Origin: an uncultured Gemmataceae bacterium
GTDB taxonomy: Bacteria > Planctomycetota > Planctomycetia > Gemmatales > Gemmataceae
DNA length: 64,000 nucleotides
Assembly: GCA_963750165.1 (NCBI GenBank)
Contig: CAVVPN010000011.1
Coordinates: 2,272,001 to 2,336,000 of the forward strand
Direction: 5' to 3'
Shown here: positions 1-10,619 of the stretch, in pieces
Numbering within the stretch: the first letter of the stretch is position 1
Layout of the letters: each line of letters starts with the position of its first letter
The notes under the pieces: generated by a model
Databases searched by the model: none
What the model saw: only the letters and a program-made list of their open reading frames with translations
Told to the model about the DNA's origin: nothing
Made by a program: the position numbers and the translations under genes

Positions 1-2112
1 CAGGTTCAGCCCGCCGCGCAGCGCCGTCGCCTCGTTGCCCAGCAGGGTCACGAACTCGGCTGTCATTTGCACTCCCGCAGTCATCGTCGTCGTGGTGACG
101 AACAGCATCGGCAGCACCGTCACCCAGGCGTAGCGGGCCTTGCCGGTGTTGATGAGCAGCGTCGTCACCAGCGCCAGCGCCACCACCGCCAGCAGCTGGT
201 TGGCGATGCCGAACATCGGCCAGATCGTACTGATCGAGCCCGTCGCCACCAGCCCGCCCCAGCCTGCCGTCACGATCAGCGTCGCCAGCGCCGCGCCCGG
301 CAGCCAGTCCGTCTTCTCGAACCGCGGCACCACCTTGCCCACCGTTTCTTGAAGCAAAAAGCGGGCGATGCGCGTGCCGGTGTCGATGGTTGTTAATATG
401 AACAGGGCTTCAAACATGATGGCGAAGTGATACCAGTATTTCATGACGCCTTCGATGGACAGGTTGAGCGTGTGCATGGCCCTGGTGAAGATGCGGGCCA
501 TGCCGACCGCCAGCGTCACGGCGCCGCCGGTGCGGCCGCGCAGCGATTCGTTGCCGACCAGCTTCTCGATCTGGGCAAGGTTTTCGTGCTCCACATCGAG
601 GTGCGCCACCGTGTCCACGTTGGCGTTGTGCAGGCGGTCCTTGCTCGCCTGCGGGTCGATACCGTGTTCGCGGTACAGGTCGTTCAGCTGGCCCTGCCAC
701 TTCTCCGCGCTCTCCAGATCGACGTTGATCGGGTAATACAAATCCAGCGGCAGCGACGCGGCGGCGATCAGCGCCACCACGCCGACCAGGCCCTCCAGCA
801 GCATCGAGCCGTAGCCGATGGGCCGCACGTCCGATTCCTTGTTAATCATCTTCGGCGTCGTGCCGGACGACACCAGTGCGTGGAAGCCGGAGATGGCGCC
901 GCACATGATGCAGATGAACACAAACGGGAAAATGTTCCCCTTGAAGGTCGGGCCGCCGTTGATGAAGGTGTAGTTGACGGTTGGTTGCGGCAGCGGCGGA
1001 TTGGCCAGGATGACACCGAGCACCAGCAGCGCAATGGTGCCGACCTTGAGGAAACTGGAGATGTAGTCGCGCGGGCATAGCAGCATCCACACCGGCAGCA
1101 CCGACGCGATGAAGCCGTAGCCGCACAGCGCCAGCACCGTCTGCGTCTTGTCGAGCGAGAACATGCGGTGCAGTGTTGGGTCTTCCGGGATCAGGGCGCC
1201 GGCGATGGTCGCCGTCAGCACGCCGGCGGCGCCGATCAGCGACGCCTCGATCACGCGGCCCTTGCGGATGCGGTACATCCACAGGCCGACGAACAGCGCG
1301 ATGGGAATGGTGCAGGCGATGGTGAACGTGCCCCAGGAACTGCCTTCCACCAGCTGGATGGAGTCCGGCGGCAAGGTGACGACGTTGCCGACGGTGGTGA
1401 AGGTGCTGCCGGCCTGCACGGCGACCTGGAACGCCTCGGGCCGCGACTCGGTGGGCGTGCCCGGTCGGTAGCGGATGTCGCAGCCCTTCGGGAAGCGGTA
1501 GACGGTGCGCTCGGCGGTGTCGCGGTCGGCGACGCGCTGCGGCGACTGGCCCGGCGGCAGCGTGATTTGCATGGTTTTCGGCAGCTTCACCTCTTCGCCG
1601 CCGAGCGCCTTGACGACGACCAGGCCGAGGCCGGCCAGGGCGATGATGACGATGAACAGGATCGCCAGCGACACGACGACGGCCGCGGGCTTGCCCACTT
1701 CCGTCAGCGCGATCTGCGCCAGCGACTTGCCGCCGCGGCGCACCGAGGCGGCCAGCACGAGCATGTCCTGCACCGCCCCCGCTAAACAGACGCCGACCAG
1801 CAGCCAGAGCAGGCCGGGCATGTAGCCGTACTGGATGGCGAGCACCGGGCCGATGAGCGGGCCGGCGCCGCTGATGGCGGCGAAGTGGTGGCCGAACAAT
1901 ACCCATTTATTGGTGGGATGATAGTTCTGACCGTCGTTGAACTGGTGAGCGGGCGTGACGCGGCTGTCGTCCAGGGCGGCGACGCGGGCGGCGAGGAAGG
2001 CGCTGTAATAGCGATAGGCGATGGCCAGCACGCACAGCACCACCAGCAGCAGCGGCATCGCCCGCAGCACCGGCTGGCCGTTGACCTCGTCCACGAACAG
2101 GCTCGCCAACAT
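1..2112 (-). CDS. cstA: Carbon starvation protein A (peptide/pyruvate transporter); runs off the window at its 3' end
   Basis: Manual translation from ATG 2112: MLASLFVD...TPAHQFNDGQNYHPTNKWVLFGHHFAAISGAGPLIGPVLA...GAVQD. The same frame still reads as membrane protein at position 1. Absent from the ORF track because there is no stop in the window. Confidence 0.92.
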   Translation of the reverse strand, partial: MLASLFVDEVNGQPVLRAMPLLLVVLCVLAIAYRYYSAFLAARVAALDDSRVTPAHQFNDGQNYHPTNKWVLFGHHFAAISGAGPLIGPVLAIQYGYMPGLLWLLVGVCLAGAVQDMLVLAASVRRGGKSLAQIALTEVGKPAAVVVSLAILFIVIIALAGLGLVVVKALGGEEVKLPKTMQITLPPGQSPQRVADRDTAERTVYRFPKGCDIRYRPGTPTESRPEAFQVAVQAGSTFTTVGNVVTLPPDSIQLVEGSSWGTFTIACTIPIALFVGLWMYRIRKGRVIEASLIGAAGVLTATIAGALIPEDPTLHRMFSLDKTQTVLALCGYGFIASVLPVWMLLCPRDYISSFLKVGTIALLVLGVILANPPLPQPTVNYTFINGGPTFKGNIFPFVFICIMCGAISGFHALVSSGTTPKMINKESDVRPIGYGSMLLEGLVGVVALIAAASLPLDLYYPINVDLESAEKWQGQLNDLYREHGIDPQASKDRLHNANVDTVAHLDVEHENLAQIEKLVGNESLRGRTGGAVTLAVGMARIFTRAMHTLNLSIEGVMKYWYHFAIMFEALFILTTIDTGTRIARFLLQETVGKVVPRFEKTDWLPGAALATLIVTAGWGGLVATGSISTIWPMFGIANQLLAVVALALVTTLLINTGKARYAWVTVLPMLFVTTTTMTAGVQMTAEFVTLLGNEATALRGGLNL

Positions 2113-2130
2113 CCAGATTACTCCAAAAGG

Positions 2131-2172
2131 ATTTCACCACGGAGCGCGCTCCGCGTGCTCCGTGGTGAAATC
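2131..2172. repeat. Palindromic REP-like element (TTCACCACGGAG...CTCCGTGGTGAA family)
   Basis: atttcaccacggagc...gctccgtggtgaaat inverted repeat; related half-sites near 14060-14080 and 53309-53330. Confidence 0.7.
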
Positions 2173-2177
2173 TCTTG

Positions 2178-3146
2178 TTAAAACCACCAGGCCTTGCCCG
2201 CGGGCTCGCGCGGCAGCAGCCCACGCAGATACGTCACCGCGCGCGTGAAGCCCTCCTGCCAGCTGAGATAGCTGTCCTCGTGCTCGATGGACAGCACCCC
2301 ATCATAACCCACCGCCCGTAGCATGCTCACGAACGGCTTCCAAAACTCGTCGCCGTGACCGTAGCCGCAGGCGCGGAACACCCACGACCGGTGTTGCACG
2401 TCGCCGTAGCTCTTGGTGTCGAGCACGCCGTTGACGCGGGTGTTGTGCGCGTCAATCGCCACGTCCTTGGCGTGCAGGTGAAAGATGGCCCCGGCGCCGC
2501 CCAGCACACGCACCGCCTCCACGGGATCGATGCCCTGCCAGAACAGGTGCGACGGGTCCAGGTTCGCGCCGACGGTGTCGCCGGCCAGCTGCCGCAGCCG
2601 CAGCAGCGTCTCGGGATTGTAGACCGCGAAGCCGGGGTGCGCCTCCACGGCGATGCGCACGCCTTCGTCGCGCGCCTCACGGGCCTTGCGCTGCCAGTAC
2701 GGCGTCAGCACGTCGTTCCATTGATATTCCAGGATCTGTGCGAACTCGGTCGGCCAGACGCAGGTGACCCAGTTCGGCGTATGGTCGCCGGGCTTGCCGC
2801 CGGGACAGCCGCTGAAGGTGTTGACCACGCCGACGCCCAGCTTCGAAGCGAGACGCACCACGGTGTCGTGAATCTGCTCGGCGCGGCGGGCCACGTCCGG
2901 GTCGGGGTGGACGCCGTTGCCGTGACAGGACAGGGCGCTGATTTCGAGGTGGTGTTTGGCCAGGTCGTCCAGGAGGCGCTGTCGGGCGGTGGCGCTGTCC
3001 AGCAGCTCAGCGGCGTTCACGAGCGGCGTTTTCGTGTAGGCGCCGCCAGCCAGTTCGATGGCGTCCAGGCCGAGCGACTGGCAGTACGCCAGCGCCCGTT
3101 CCCAGCCCAGCGCCGCGACGCCAGCACTCATCACGCCGAGTTTCAT
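2178..3146 (-). CDS. Sugar phosphate isomerase/epimerase (AP endonuclease 2 / IolE-like TIM barrel)
   Basis: Motifs IAVEAHPG, NLDPSHL, FHLHAKD, LSIEHED. Confidence 0.88.
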   Translation of the reverse strand: MKLGVMSAGVAALGWERALAYCQSLGLDAIELAGGAYTKTPLVNAAELLDSATARQRLLDDLAKHHLEISALSCHGNGVHPDPDVARRAEQIHDTVVRLASKLGVGVVNTFSGCPGGKPGDHTPNWVTCVWPTEFAQILEYQWNDVLTPYWQRKAREARDEGVRIAVEAHPGFAVYNPETLLRLRQLAGDTVGANLDPSHLFWQGIDPVEAVRVLGGAGAIFHLHAKDVAIDAHNTRVNGVLDTKSYGDVQHRSWVFRACGYGHGDEFWKPFVSMLRAVGYDGVLSIEHEDSYLSWQEGFTRAVTYLRGLLPREPAGKAWWF

Positions 3147-3175
3147 AAGTCTCCAGGGGGTGAATGGTATTGGTT

Positions 3176-3231
3176 TGTAGTACCGCCTTCAGGCGGGTTG
3201 GGGCGAAGACCGCCTGAAGGCGGTACTACGA
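3176..3231. repeat. GTAG-type REP palindrome
   Basis: gtagtaccgccttcaggcgg ... ccgcctgaaggcggtactac inverted repeat, intergenic. Confidence 0.85.
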
Positions 3232-3245
3232 ACGAAGAAGCCGCA

Positions 3246-5873
3246 TCAATCCGGCGTGCTGCTGCGGCGCGTGAAATACTCGCTCTTGGCGTACACGCTG
3301 ATGATCGCGTTGCCGACCTCGAAGAACGTGCCCTCCGCCTCGTCCTTCGACAGCGCCAGGTCCGGGTACTTCGTACCCAACTCCTCCGCGTTCAGCGCCT
3401 TCACCTCGATCTCGTCCGGCAGCAGGCCCGTCGCGCCGATGTAGAACACCAGCGGCGACACCTTGTCACGATACAACTCGTCGGCGAAGTCATCGACCTT
3501 GCGCCGCGCCTCGGTCAGCGCCGCGACGAACTCCGCCGTCGGCACCGCCTTGCCCGCGTGCTTCTGGTCCAGCAGTTTCGCCAGCTTCGTGTCGCCGACC
3601 TTCTTCAAAATCGCCGCCACGCTGCCGTTCTTCTCCAGCCCCAGGAAGTCGTCGAAGATCCGCTGCATGAACAGATCGACCGGCGTCACGCGCGTCCGCG
3701 CCGACAGCGTTTTGCGGCGGAAGGTCACGCCCTCTGCCAACGTCTGGTCGAAGGTTGGCTTCGGCAACACGTTGCCGCGCGCGTCCACCATCTCGTACAG
3801 CCGCTCCAAAAACTTGTTGGCCGAGTGCAGCTTGCCCACGCTCAAGATCGTGCGGTTGCCGAGATCGACCTTGTAGCTGACGCGCGTATCAACACTGCCG
3901 TCCGCCAGCGCCTGTTCCAGGTCCGTGTACTCCGTCGTCGTCGGGAAGTTGATGAACAGGCTCTTCGACAGGTAGTGCTTCTTCAACTCCTCGACCTGCT
4001 CCGGCGTGAAGGTCGCCGACTCCTCCTTGAGGTACGCGCCCAGGATGCTCGACAGCACCTTCAACTCCGCCAGCTGCTCGAACAGGCCGTCCAGCTCCAC
4101 CTTGCCCGTGAACGGCGGCACCAGCGGCAAATCGTCCAGCTTCAGCGTGTATTCCGCTTTCGGGTCGAACTTCGCCGCCGGCTTGCCGTCCAGTTCCAGC
4201 ACACCAGCCTCGGCCAGCTTGTCGTACAGCGGTTTCTGGTTGACGCGAATCGCCAGCGACTTCACGTTCAGCTCGCCGTCGCCGACCAGCGTGTAATTGT
4301 TGAAGGTCGTCAGGTCCGTCAGCGGAATGCCCGCGACTTCATTGATCGGCTTGCCGCCCTCGACCGTCACCAGCCGCACCCGCCGCGGCACCAGCATGTT
4401 CAGGTTCGCCGTGTTGCGGTTGATGTCGAAACTCGACACCTTGGCGTAGTCGCTATCGTCCACGTTCTCCGTCTTCAGCCACGGCTTGACCAGGTTGCCG
4501 TTCTCGTCGCGGCTGCCCTGGATGCGCTTCAGGCCGCGCCGCACGTAGTCCTGCTGCAATTTCTTCATGTTCACCAGGAAGCCGTCCCTGTGCTCGCCCA
4601 GGATGCCGACCAGCGTCAGCAGGGGGATGCGCGTGTTGACCGGCACCTCCGTACGGACGTCATGTTCTTGCAGGATGGCCGGCTGGAACAGCACCGCGTC
4701 CAGGTCCAGTGCCAGGGCCGCCACCTGCAGGTTTGTCAGGGCGCGGGCGTGCTGGTTGAGCAGCGTCGCGTCAAACGTGCTGGCCACTGCGTACTTGGCG
4801 GTGTTGAGGTTGCCGTTGGACAGCTCCGCCCGCGCGAACGCCAGCACCGCCTCGCTCGTCTGCTCCACCGGCACCTTCTTGTCGGCGTCGTACTCCTTCT
4901 TCTCAACCTTGCGGTACTTGTAGAAAACGCCGTCGTCCTCGGGCCGCAGGCCGCGGATGCGCAGCGGGCCGGCGGCGCCCAGCAGCTTGTTGCCGCTGTG
5001 CGACACGAACACCTGGTAGTCGTACTCCGGCGACAGCGGCTCCTCCAGCGCCGGCGCGATCTTGCCATCCAGCAGCTTCTCGGTGTTGTACAGCGTGTCG
5101 TACACCTCCTTGATGCTGCCGGCCTTGACGCAGTTGCCCGAGACATTGTTGGCCACGTGCGCCAGCAGCCGGAAGTCGGAATAGTTCGAGTAGGCGATGG
5201 TGTTGACGAAGACCTCGCGGCCTTGCAGTTGTTCGCACAACTTGTCGAGCGTCTTGGCCTCGCTGGTGGGGCTGGGGTGGTTGGCGTAGCCGTCGCTGTG
5301 CAGCGTGATGGCGGTCAGTTCGCCCTCCTTCGCCAGCGACGCGGCCAGTTCCACCGCCTGCGAGATGCACGTCAGGCCGGTCACGCGGATCTGCTTGATT
5401 TCCTTGATCTCGTCCGAGTTGGGCTTGAGGATGTCGCTCAGCTTCGAGCGCTGGAAGTGAACGCGGCAGTCGCCCTTCGATGAGTACGAGATCAGCGTCA
5501 CCAGCAGGTCGGACTGCTGGTACTCGTCGAGCGTCAGCAGCTTGATGAGGGTGTTCTTGGTGGCCTCGATGTCGCTGTACATCGAGCCGGAGCGGTCGAT
5601 GATGATGATGCTGTGGACGACCTCCCTGGCGGTGGGCGACTGCTCGAAGTTGAGCGGCACGCGGTCCACGAGGTAGTACGCGCGCGGCTTGCCGAGGAAG
5701 TTGTAGAGCGTGAAGCGCGAGCGGGCCGGGGCGGATACCGGCGCCTTGGCCGGCTTGACGGCCGGGGCCTTCGTCTTGGCGGCGGGCTTGCGTTTGGCCG
5801 CGGCGGGCTTCACGGCGGCGTCGGGGGCGGTCGGGGCCTGCGGGGCGGCGGGGGAGCGGCGCGGTTTGGCCAT
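3246..5873 (-). CDS. Large vWA (MIDAS) domain protein with uncharacterised C-terminal region
   Basis: IIIIDRSGSM (DxSxS), T in GLTCISQA, LHSDG; Ala/Lys/Pro-rich N-terminal tail; probable start MAKPRR at 5873 after GGAG. Confidence 0.8.
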   Translation of the reverse strand: MAKPRRSPAAPQAPTAPDAAVKPAAAKRKPAAKTKAPAVKPAKAPVSAPARSRFTLYNFLGKPRAYYLVDRVPLNFEQSPTAREVVHSIIIIDRSGSMYSDIEATKNTLIKLLTLDEYQQSDLLVTLISYSSKGDCRVHFQRSKLSDILKPNSDEIKEIKQIRVTGLTCISQAVELAASLAKEGELTAITLHSDGYANHPSPTSEAKTLDKLCEQLQGREVFVNTIAYSNYSDFRLLAHVANNVSGNCVKAGSIKEVYDTLYNTEKLLDGKIAPALEEPLSPEYDYQVFVSHSGNKLLGAAGPLRIRGLRPEDDGVFYKYRKVEKKEYDADKKVPVEQTSEAVLAFARAELSNGNLNTAKYAVASTFDATLLNQHARALTNLQVAALALDLDAVLFQPAILQEHDVRTEVPVNTRIPLLTLVGILGEHRDGFLVNMKKLQQDYVRRGLKRIQGSRDENGNLVKPWLKTENVDDSDYAKVSSFDINRNTANLNMLVPRRVRLVTVEGGKPINEVAGIPLTDLTTFNNYTLVGDGELNVKSLAIRVNQKPLYDKLAEAGVLELDGKPAAKFDPKAEYTLKLDDLPLVPPFTGKVELDGLFEQLAELKVLSSILGAYLKEESATFTPEQVEELKKHYLSKSLFINFPTTTEYTDLEQALADGSVDTRVSYKVDLGNRTILSVGKLHSANKFLERLYEMVDARGNVLPKPTFDQTLAEGVTFRRKTLSARTRVTPVDLFMQRIFDDFLGLEKNGSVAAILKKVGDTKLAKLLDQKHAGKAVPTAEFVAALTEARRKVDDFADELYRDKVSPLVFYIGATGLLPDEIEVKALNAEELGTKYPDLALSKDEAEGTFFEVGNAIISVYAKSEYFTRRSSTPD

Positions 5874-6160
5874 GTGCAATCTCCTGGAGTCCCTGGGGGT
5901 GATGCGCGAGCTGGGATCGCGGCGGCAGTCCACGGGCGTGCCTGGCGAATCGCTGTCGATTCTACCGGATACAAGTATGCTGCCGGCTCTGACGATTCAG
6001 ACACTTTTTTGGGACAGCGAAGCAAGTGAGGCTGCGCCGGGCTCGCCGGGAGTGCCGGATTTGCGCATTGTATGGGGAGCGCTGAAGAAATGCTCCAGGG
6101 CCGTGTACCAGGGAGGACCTGCGACGCCCGGGAAATGCCCCGGCAGGGCTCGGGATGGTC

Positions 6161-6212
6161 TTGACAGGGATGGCTGTGCCGCTAGAATGGAAGTGTTGAG
6201 ATTCAGTCTCAA
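6161..6212 (+). promoter_or_regulatory. Sigma70-like promoter plus Fur-box-like operator upstream of bfd
   Basis: TTGACA(6161)-N16-TAGAAT(6183), then the dyad TTGAGATTCAGTCTCAA (6196-6212), resembling a 7-1-7 Fur box. Confidence 0.65.
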
Positions 6213-6283
6213 TATCAACGCGCGGGAAGCTGTTGACCACCCACCTGATCTTCCCGCCTAACGTCGTGCGAGGACGTTCCGAG

Positions 6284-6499
6284 ATGGACCCCCGATGCTC
6301 GAATGGCTGTGAGGGCTGCCCGGTGCGGCTGGTGTGTCGCTGCCTGCAAGTCACCGAGGAGGCGGTGCTGGAGGCGGTGCGCACGTTGCAGCTGCGGACG
6401 GTCAAGGACATCCGCCAGCACACCGGGGCCGGAGACGGTTGCACCTGCTGTCACAAGCGGCTGGAGCGCTTCCTCGAACAGTACGCCATCGCCTCCTGA
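6284..6499 (+). CDS. bfd: Bacterioferritin-associated (2Fe-2S) ferredoxin
   Basis: LVCRCLQVTE...TGAGDGCTCC BFD pattern; bfr lies 4 kb away. Confidence 0.85.
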   Translation: MDPRCSNGCEGCPVRLVCRCLQVTEEAVLEAVRTLQLRTVKDIRQHTGAGDGCTCCHKRLERFLEQYAIAS

Positions 6500-6530
6500 T
6501 ACCAAATCGCCTTGATGGTTCTTGGTCTTC

Positions 6531-6581
6531 ACCAGCCCGAAGCGTGAGCGAGGGTGGCCCTCGCTCACGCTTCGGGCTAGT
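6531..6581. repeat. REP-like palindrome between convergent genes
   Basis: agcccgaagcgtgagcgaggg / ccctcgctcacgcttcgggct perfect inverted repeat. Confidence 0.85.
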
Positions 6582-6639
6582 GGATGAAGAAGGGCCAGGG
6601 CGATCCCATATGAGACAGCCCGTTGCCGCCCGTGGCGGG

Positions 6640-7368
6640 TCAGACGGGCGGCAGCAGCTGGCGAATTTCCACGGGCAAGACGTTCCAGGTCGTCTGGTAT
6701 GTCTCCTCCAGCGGCACGTTGACGTAGAAATCCCCAACGAGAAAGAGCGGCGCGTCCGGCAGCGGGTCGCCGACCGCCACCGGATCGACGTAGGCGATCC
6801 GCGTCGGCGCCGTCTGGTAGGCGGCCACGGTCAGCGGCTTGCCGGCGGGTAGTTCAAACTGCTGGTCGGTGAACTCGTCCCAGATGAGGCCGTGGACCCC
6901 TTGCGGGTCGCGCGGGCCGGGCGGGAACAGATCGACGACGAGCAGGTTGACCCGGTGCCGGATCAGGCTGGCCGCCTTTTTGACCGTTGCGCGGATGGCG
7001 TGCCGGCTCGCCTTGTTGCCCGGGGAGACGATCTCGATCACGGCCACGACGTTGCCCAGGTCGTGGTGGATGGCGATGCGGTTCGCCTTGCGGGCGTAGC
7101 GCTCCTTCTCCTCCGCGGCGGGAATGACGAAGGTGGCCTGCGGGCGGGCCGGCGCCACGGCGGTCGCGCCGTCCTGCGGGTGGCGCTTCGGGCCGGCGCG
7201 GAGCGTCACCACGTCCGGCTCCGGGCCGCCGACCACCTGCTCGGCCATCGCGAAGAACCCGGGCGGCAGCAGCCCGGCGTTCAGCCGATTCATGATCGTC
7301 GCCACCCAGGCGTAATGAAAGTTGTGGAACGTCCCCGCCCGCACCGTGGTCCAGTCGTGAATCGGCAT
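6640..7368 (-). CDS. DUF4058 family protein (PD-(D/E)XK-like, Planctomycete-expanded)
   Basis: MPIHDWT...FHNFH...EPDV...VIEIVSPGNK...LLVVDL. Confidence 0.8.
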   Translation of the reverse strand: MPIHDWTTVRAGTFHNFHYAWVATIMNRLNAGLLPPGFFAMAEQVVGGPEPDVVTLRAGPKRHPQDGATAVAPARPQATFVIPAAEEKERYARKANRIAIHHDLGNVVAVIEIVSPGNKASRHAIRATVKKAASLIRHRVNLLVVDLFPPGPRDPQGVHGLIWDEFTDQQFELPAGKPLTVAAYQTAPTRIAYVDPVAVGDPLPDAPLFLVGDFYVNVPLEETYQTTWNVLPVEIRQLLPPV

Positions 7369-7512
7369 GACGCACCTCCTGGCCGCATTGTACCGAACGG
7401 CGCAGTTCACGTGCGGGCCGAGTGGGCTGGGCGTGTCGGATCAACCTCAGATGGCCCGTCACCTGCAGCGTCTGGTTCGGCGGAGCTCGCCACATCGACG
7501 CCGCGGGTGCCG

Positions 7513-8478
7513 TCATTTCCCCGCCTTCAGGAACTCAAGAACCAAGCGATTGCATTCTTCCGGCTGATCCAGCCACGGAAGATGACCGGCATCGCGCAGC
7601 ACTTCACAGCGGGCCTTGGGCGCCAACTTGGCCATCTCCTCGCCCAGGGTCGGCGGGCCGAGTTTATCCTTGTCGCCCCAGATAAACAGTGTGGCCGGGC
7701 GCAGGTTCTTCAGCTCAGGTCGCAGCTGGTAAGCCCCCTGCGGATCCTTGGCGAACTTCTTGAGCAAGGTATTCCAACTCCCGGCGAATCCCGGCATGCG
7801 CTTGTTAGCCAGGTCCACCTGAAGGAACTCCTCGGGAACGCGCTTGATGTCGGCGACGAGTCGCGCCGCATAGGCCGCACGGACGCCCTCGATCGTTGGG
7901 GGCTTTTTCGCCGGAGGCGGCGGAATCGTGATCTCCTTCGCGCTCCCCGCGGGTTCCCCCAGGAGCACCAGTCTAGTTACCCGCTCCGGTTTCGCCAACG
8001 CGAACTGCATCGCCCACAAGCCACCCATCGAGTTGCTCACCAGCGTTGCCTTGGGCAGGTCGAGAGCGTCCAACACGCCGGTGACGAAATCAACGGCGTG
8101 TTCCCGCGTGGCCGTTTCCGAGTAGTCGAAGCTGTCGGTGAGACCGCAGCCGGGGCGATCGACCGCGTAGACGCGGAAGTTCTTCTGGAGCGCACTCATG
8201 AGCGGGGCGAAGCTGCAGGCGAACGATCCCCCGCCGTGAATGAGAAGCACAGGTTCACCGCGGCCCGCCTCCAGCACGTGAGCGGTCATCTGCGGCTTCT
8301 TAAGCGTCACGTACCGCGATTTCGCCGTCACGCCGTACTTCTTCAAGAGGGCCTCCTGCGCCTTCTTGAAGGCATCGACCTCCGGACCGGGGGCAAGCGG
8401 CGTGACTGGCTGGGCATGGGAAGAGGACGAGTAACATCCAAGGACCAGCAGGGCGGTGAAAATGGTCGAGCGCTTCAC
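7513..8478 (-). CDS. Exported alpha/beta fold hydrolase
   Basis: Signal peptide, LIHGGG, DRPGCG, SNSMGG nucleophile elbow, WGDKD, AGHLPW. Confidence 0.88.
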   Translation of the reverse strand: MKRSTIFTALLVLGCYSSSSHAQPVTPLAPGPEVDAFKKAQEALLKKYGVTAKSRYVTLKKPQMTAHVLEAGRGEPVLLIHGGGSFACSFAPLMSALQKNFRVYAVDRPGCGLTDSFDYSETATREHAVDFVTGVLDALDLPKATLVSNSMGGLWAMQFALAKPERVTRLVLLGEPAGSAKEITIPPPPAKKPPTIEGVRAAYAARLVADIKRVPEEFLQVDLANKRMPGFAGSWNTLLKKFAKDPQGAYQLRPELKNLRPATLFIWGDKDKLGPPTLGEEMAKLAPKARCEVLRDAGHLPWLDQPEECNRLVLEFLKAGK

Positions 8479-8861
8479 AATGTTCCTCCTCCAGAGTGCT
8501 GCCGCCGAACCAGGGGATTAGGGCGCGCCCTAATCAGGAACGGTTTTCCGGTTTTACACTGCCCGGCGGTGCCGGCGCAGCGCGGCGCCCGCCGGGCAGC
8601 GTAACCGCCCCAAACCCGGAAAGCAAGTAGTGCGCGCCGAATTGTGACAGGCTACCGCTGATGTCGCCAGAACGACCGATGACGCTGCGGCCGACGCGGT
8701 GAAGGCGAACTGGGGTCATGGATTCTCAGATGTCCGCCGGGCATGGTGAAGAAACGGTGAATCCGCCCGCGTCCGCTTGCCGGTGCCCGGGGCGGTTCTA
8801 GGATGCCCAGGGTCCACCGAATCGCAAATCCTGCCGCTCCCATCTTTTCGAGAGGCCGCTG

Positions 8862-10609
8862 ATGAACCGTGCCGCCTGGATGCCGCGCTGGGGCGACGTG
8901 AACGGGCTGTTCGGACTGCTGCTCGATAACGTCGCCGCCCTGGTGCTGCTCTACGTCCTGCTCGCCGCACCCGGCTTCTCGGCCGAGCGCTTCCGACCGG
9001 AATTCGTGCTGGCCTGGCTGGTCCCCGGGACAGTGTTCGGGGTGCTACTGGGCGGTCTGCTCTACGCCTGGCAGGCGCGGCAGCTCGGCCGCCGCACGGG
9101 CCGCGACGACGTGACCGCCATGCCCGTCGGCCTGGATACGCCCACCGTCTTCGCCATGTCGCTGTTCGTGCTGGTGCCGGCGCTGGCCGAGGGCCGGACG
9201 TTGTTCGCCGACCGCGGCCTGGATGAGCTGGAACGGCACCACCTGGCGTCGCTGTTCGCCTGGCATGTCGGGGCGGCGGTGCTCGTGTTGATGGGCCTGT
9301 TCAAGCTGGCGCTGGCACCGCTGGGCGGCGTCGTCCGCCGCTGGCTGCCGCGGGCCGCGCTGCTGGGCTCGCTGGCGGCGATTTCGCTGGCACTGATCGC
9401 GTTCCTGCCGATGGCCCGGCACGTGGCGCCGGCGCCGGTTGTCGGCCTGCCGGTACTCGCAATCCTGCTGGTGATGCTCCTGCGCGGCGCGGCCGGCCGG
9501 ACGGCGTGCCGGCCACGGTGCTGGCGCTGGCCGTCGGCCTGCTCATCGTGATGGTCAGCATTTTGCTGGGCGAGTGGCGCGGCTGGTCGTTTGTGCCGCT
9601 GAGCAGCGTGAGTCTGCTCAAGGCAGGGGAGGTGCGGCCGCTGCCGGCGGAGGTCTGGACTGCTGACTGGTGGCAGCCGGTGTGGCTGGCGGCGCTGGCG
9701 AAGCTGCCGGTGGCACTGCCGTTCGCCCTGTTCACGCTGGTCGGCGGCGTCGAGTGCGCCGAGAGCGCCGCGGCGGCCGGCGACGAGTACGACACCAACG
9801 GCGTGCTGCTGGCGCAGGGCGTGGCGAGCACGGTCGGCGGTCTGCTCGGCGGTGTCGTGCAGCCGACGCCCTACTTCGGCCATCCCGCCTACAAGAAAAT
9901 GGGTGCGGGCTGGTCCTACGTGGTGTTCGGTACGCTGGCGCTGGCGGTGGTCGGCTACTTCGGCTGGTTCGCGTACGTCTTCGAGTGGGTGCCCGGGGCA
10001 GTGCTGTTCCCGGTGATCATTTACATCGGGCTGCGCACCATCGCCCACGCCTTCGAGGCGGCGCCGCAGCGCGACTACGCCGCCATGGCGCTGGCAGCGG
10101 TGCCGGTGCTGGCGTACCTGATCGTGGTGACGACCGACGAGTTGTTCCACGGCCGGCAGCCGTACGGCAACGGCATTGTGTTGCTGCAGGCGCTGCGCTG
10201 CCTGGGCAACGGCTTCATCCTGACGAGCCTGCTGTGGGCCGCGGCGCTGGTCGCGCTGCTGGACGGCAAATCGAACCGGGCCGCTGTGGTACTGCTGATC
10301 GCCGCGGGCTGCAGTCTGTTCGGGCTGATCCACTCGCCGCTGCGCGGCTCACCGCTGGCCTGGCCGCACGAGGTCTGGCAGGAGTTGACGCAGCCGGGCG
10401 AGGCTCGCGGCATGCACCCGGACCTGCGCTACCAGTCGCCGTTCCACTGGGCCGCCGCTTATGTGCTGGCCGCGCTGGTCGTGCTGATCGACGCCCGGCT
10501 GCCGGCGTGGGCCGCCCGCAACCAGGCGGCGCCGGCGGCAAGCGACCCTGCCCTGGTGGCCGCTGCGCCGCCGGCCGCGGACCAGGCCGGCCAGCCGCAG
10601 GGAGCGTGA
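8862..10609 (+). CDS. Xanthine/uracil/vitamin C (NCS2/AzgA-like) permease, frameshifted near 9500
   Basis: GDVNGLFGLLLDN, TAMPVGLDTP in 8862..9551 continues as ECAESAAAAGDEY, PTPYFGHPAYKKMGA in 9506..10609. Confidence 0.82.
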
Positions 10610-10619
10610 GCGCCGCCGC

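Noticed and set aside
842..2224. cstA frameshift suggested by fragmented ORF calls
   Set aside because: The true frame is the same at 2112 and at position 1. It is missing from the track only because its stop lies outside the window.
2355..5483. 1042 aa plus-strand ORF, and similar long ORFs such as 28110-31082, 34481-36826, 15301-17373 and 57345-59294
   Set aside because: Antisense shadows of real genes, typical of high-GC DNA, with no recognisable motifs.
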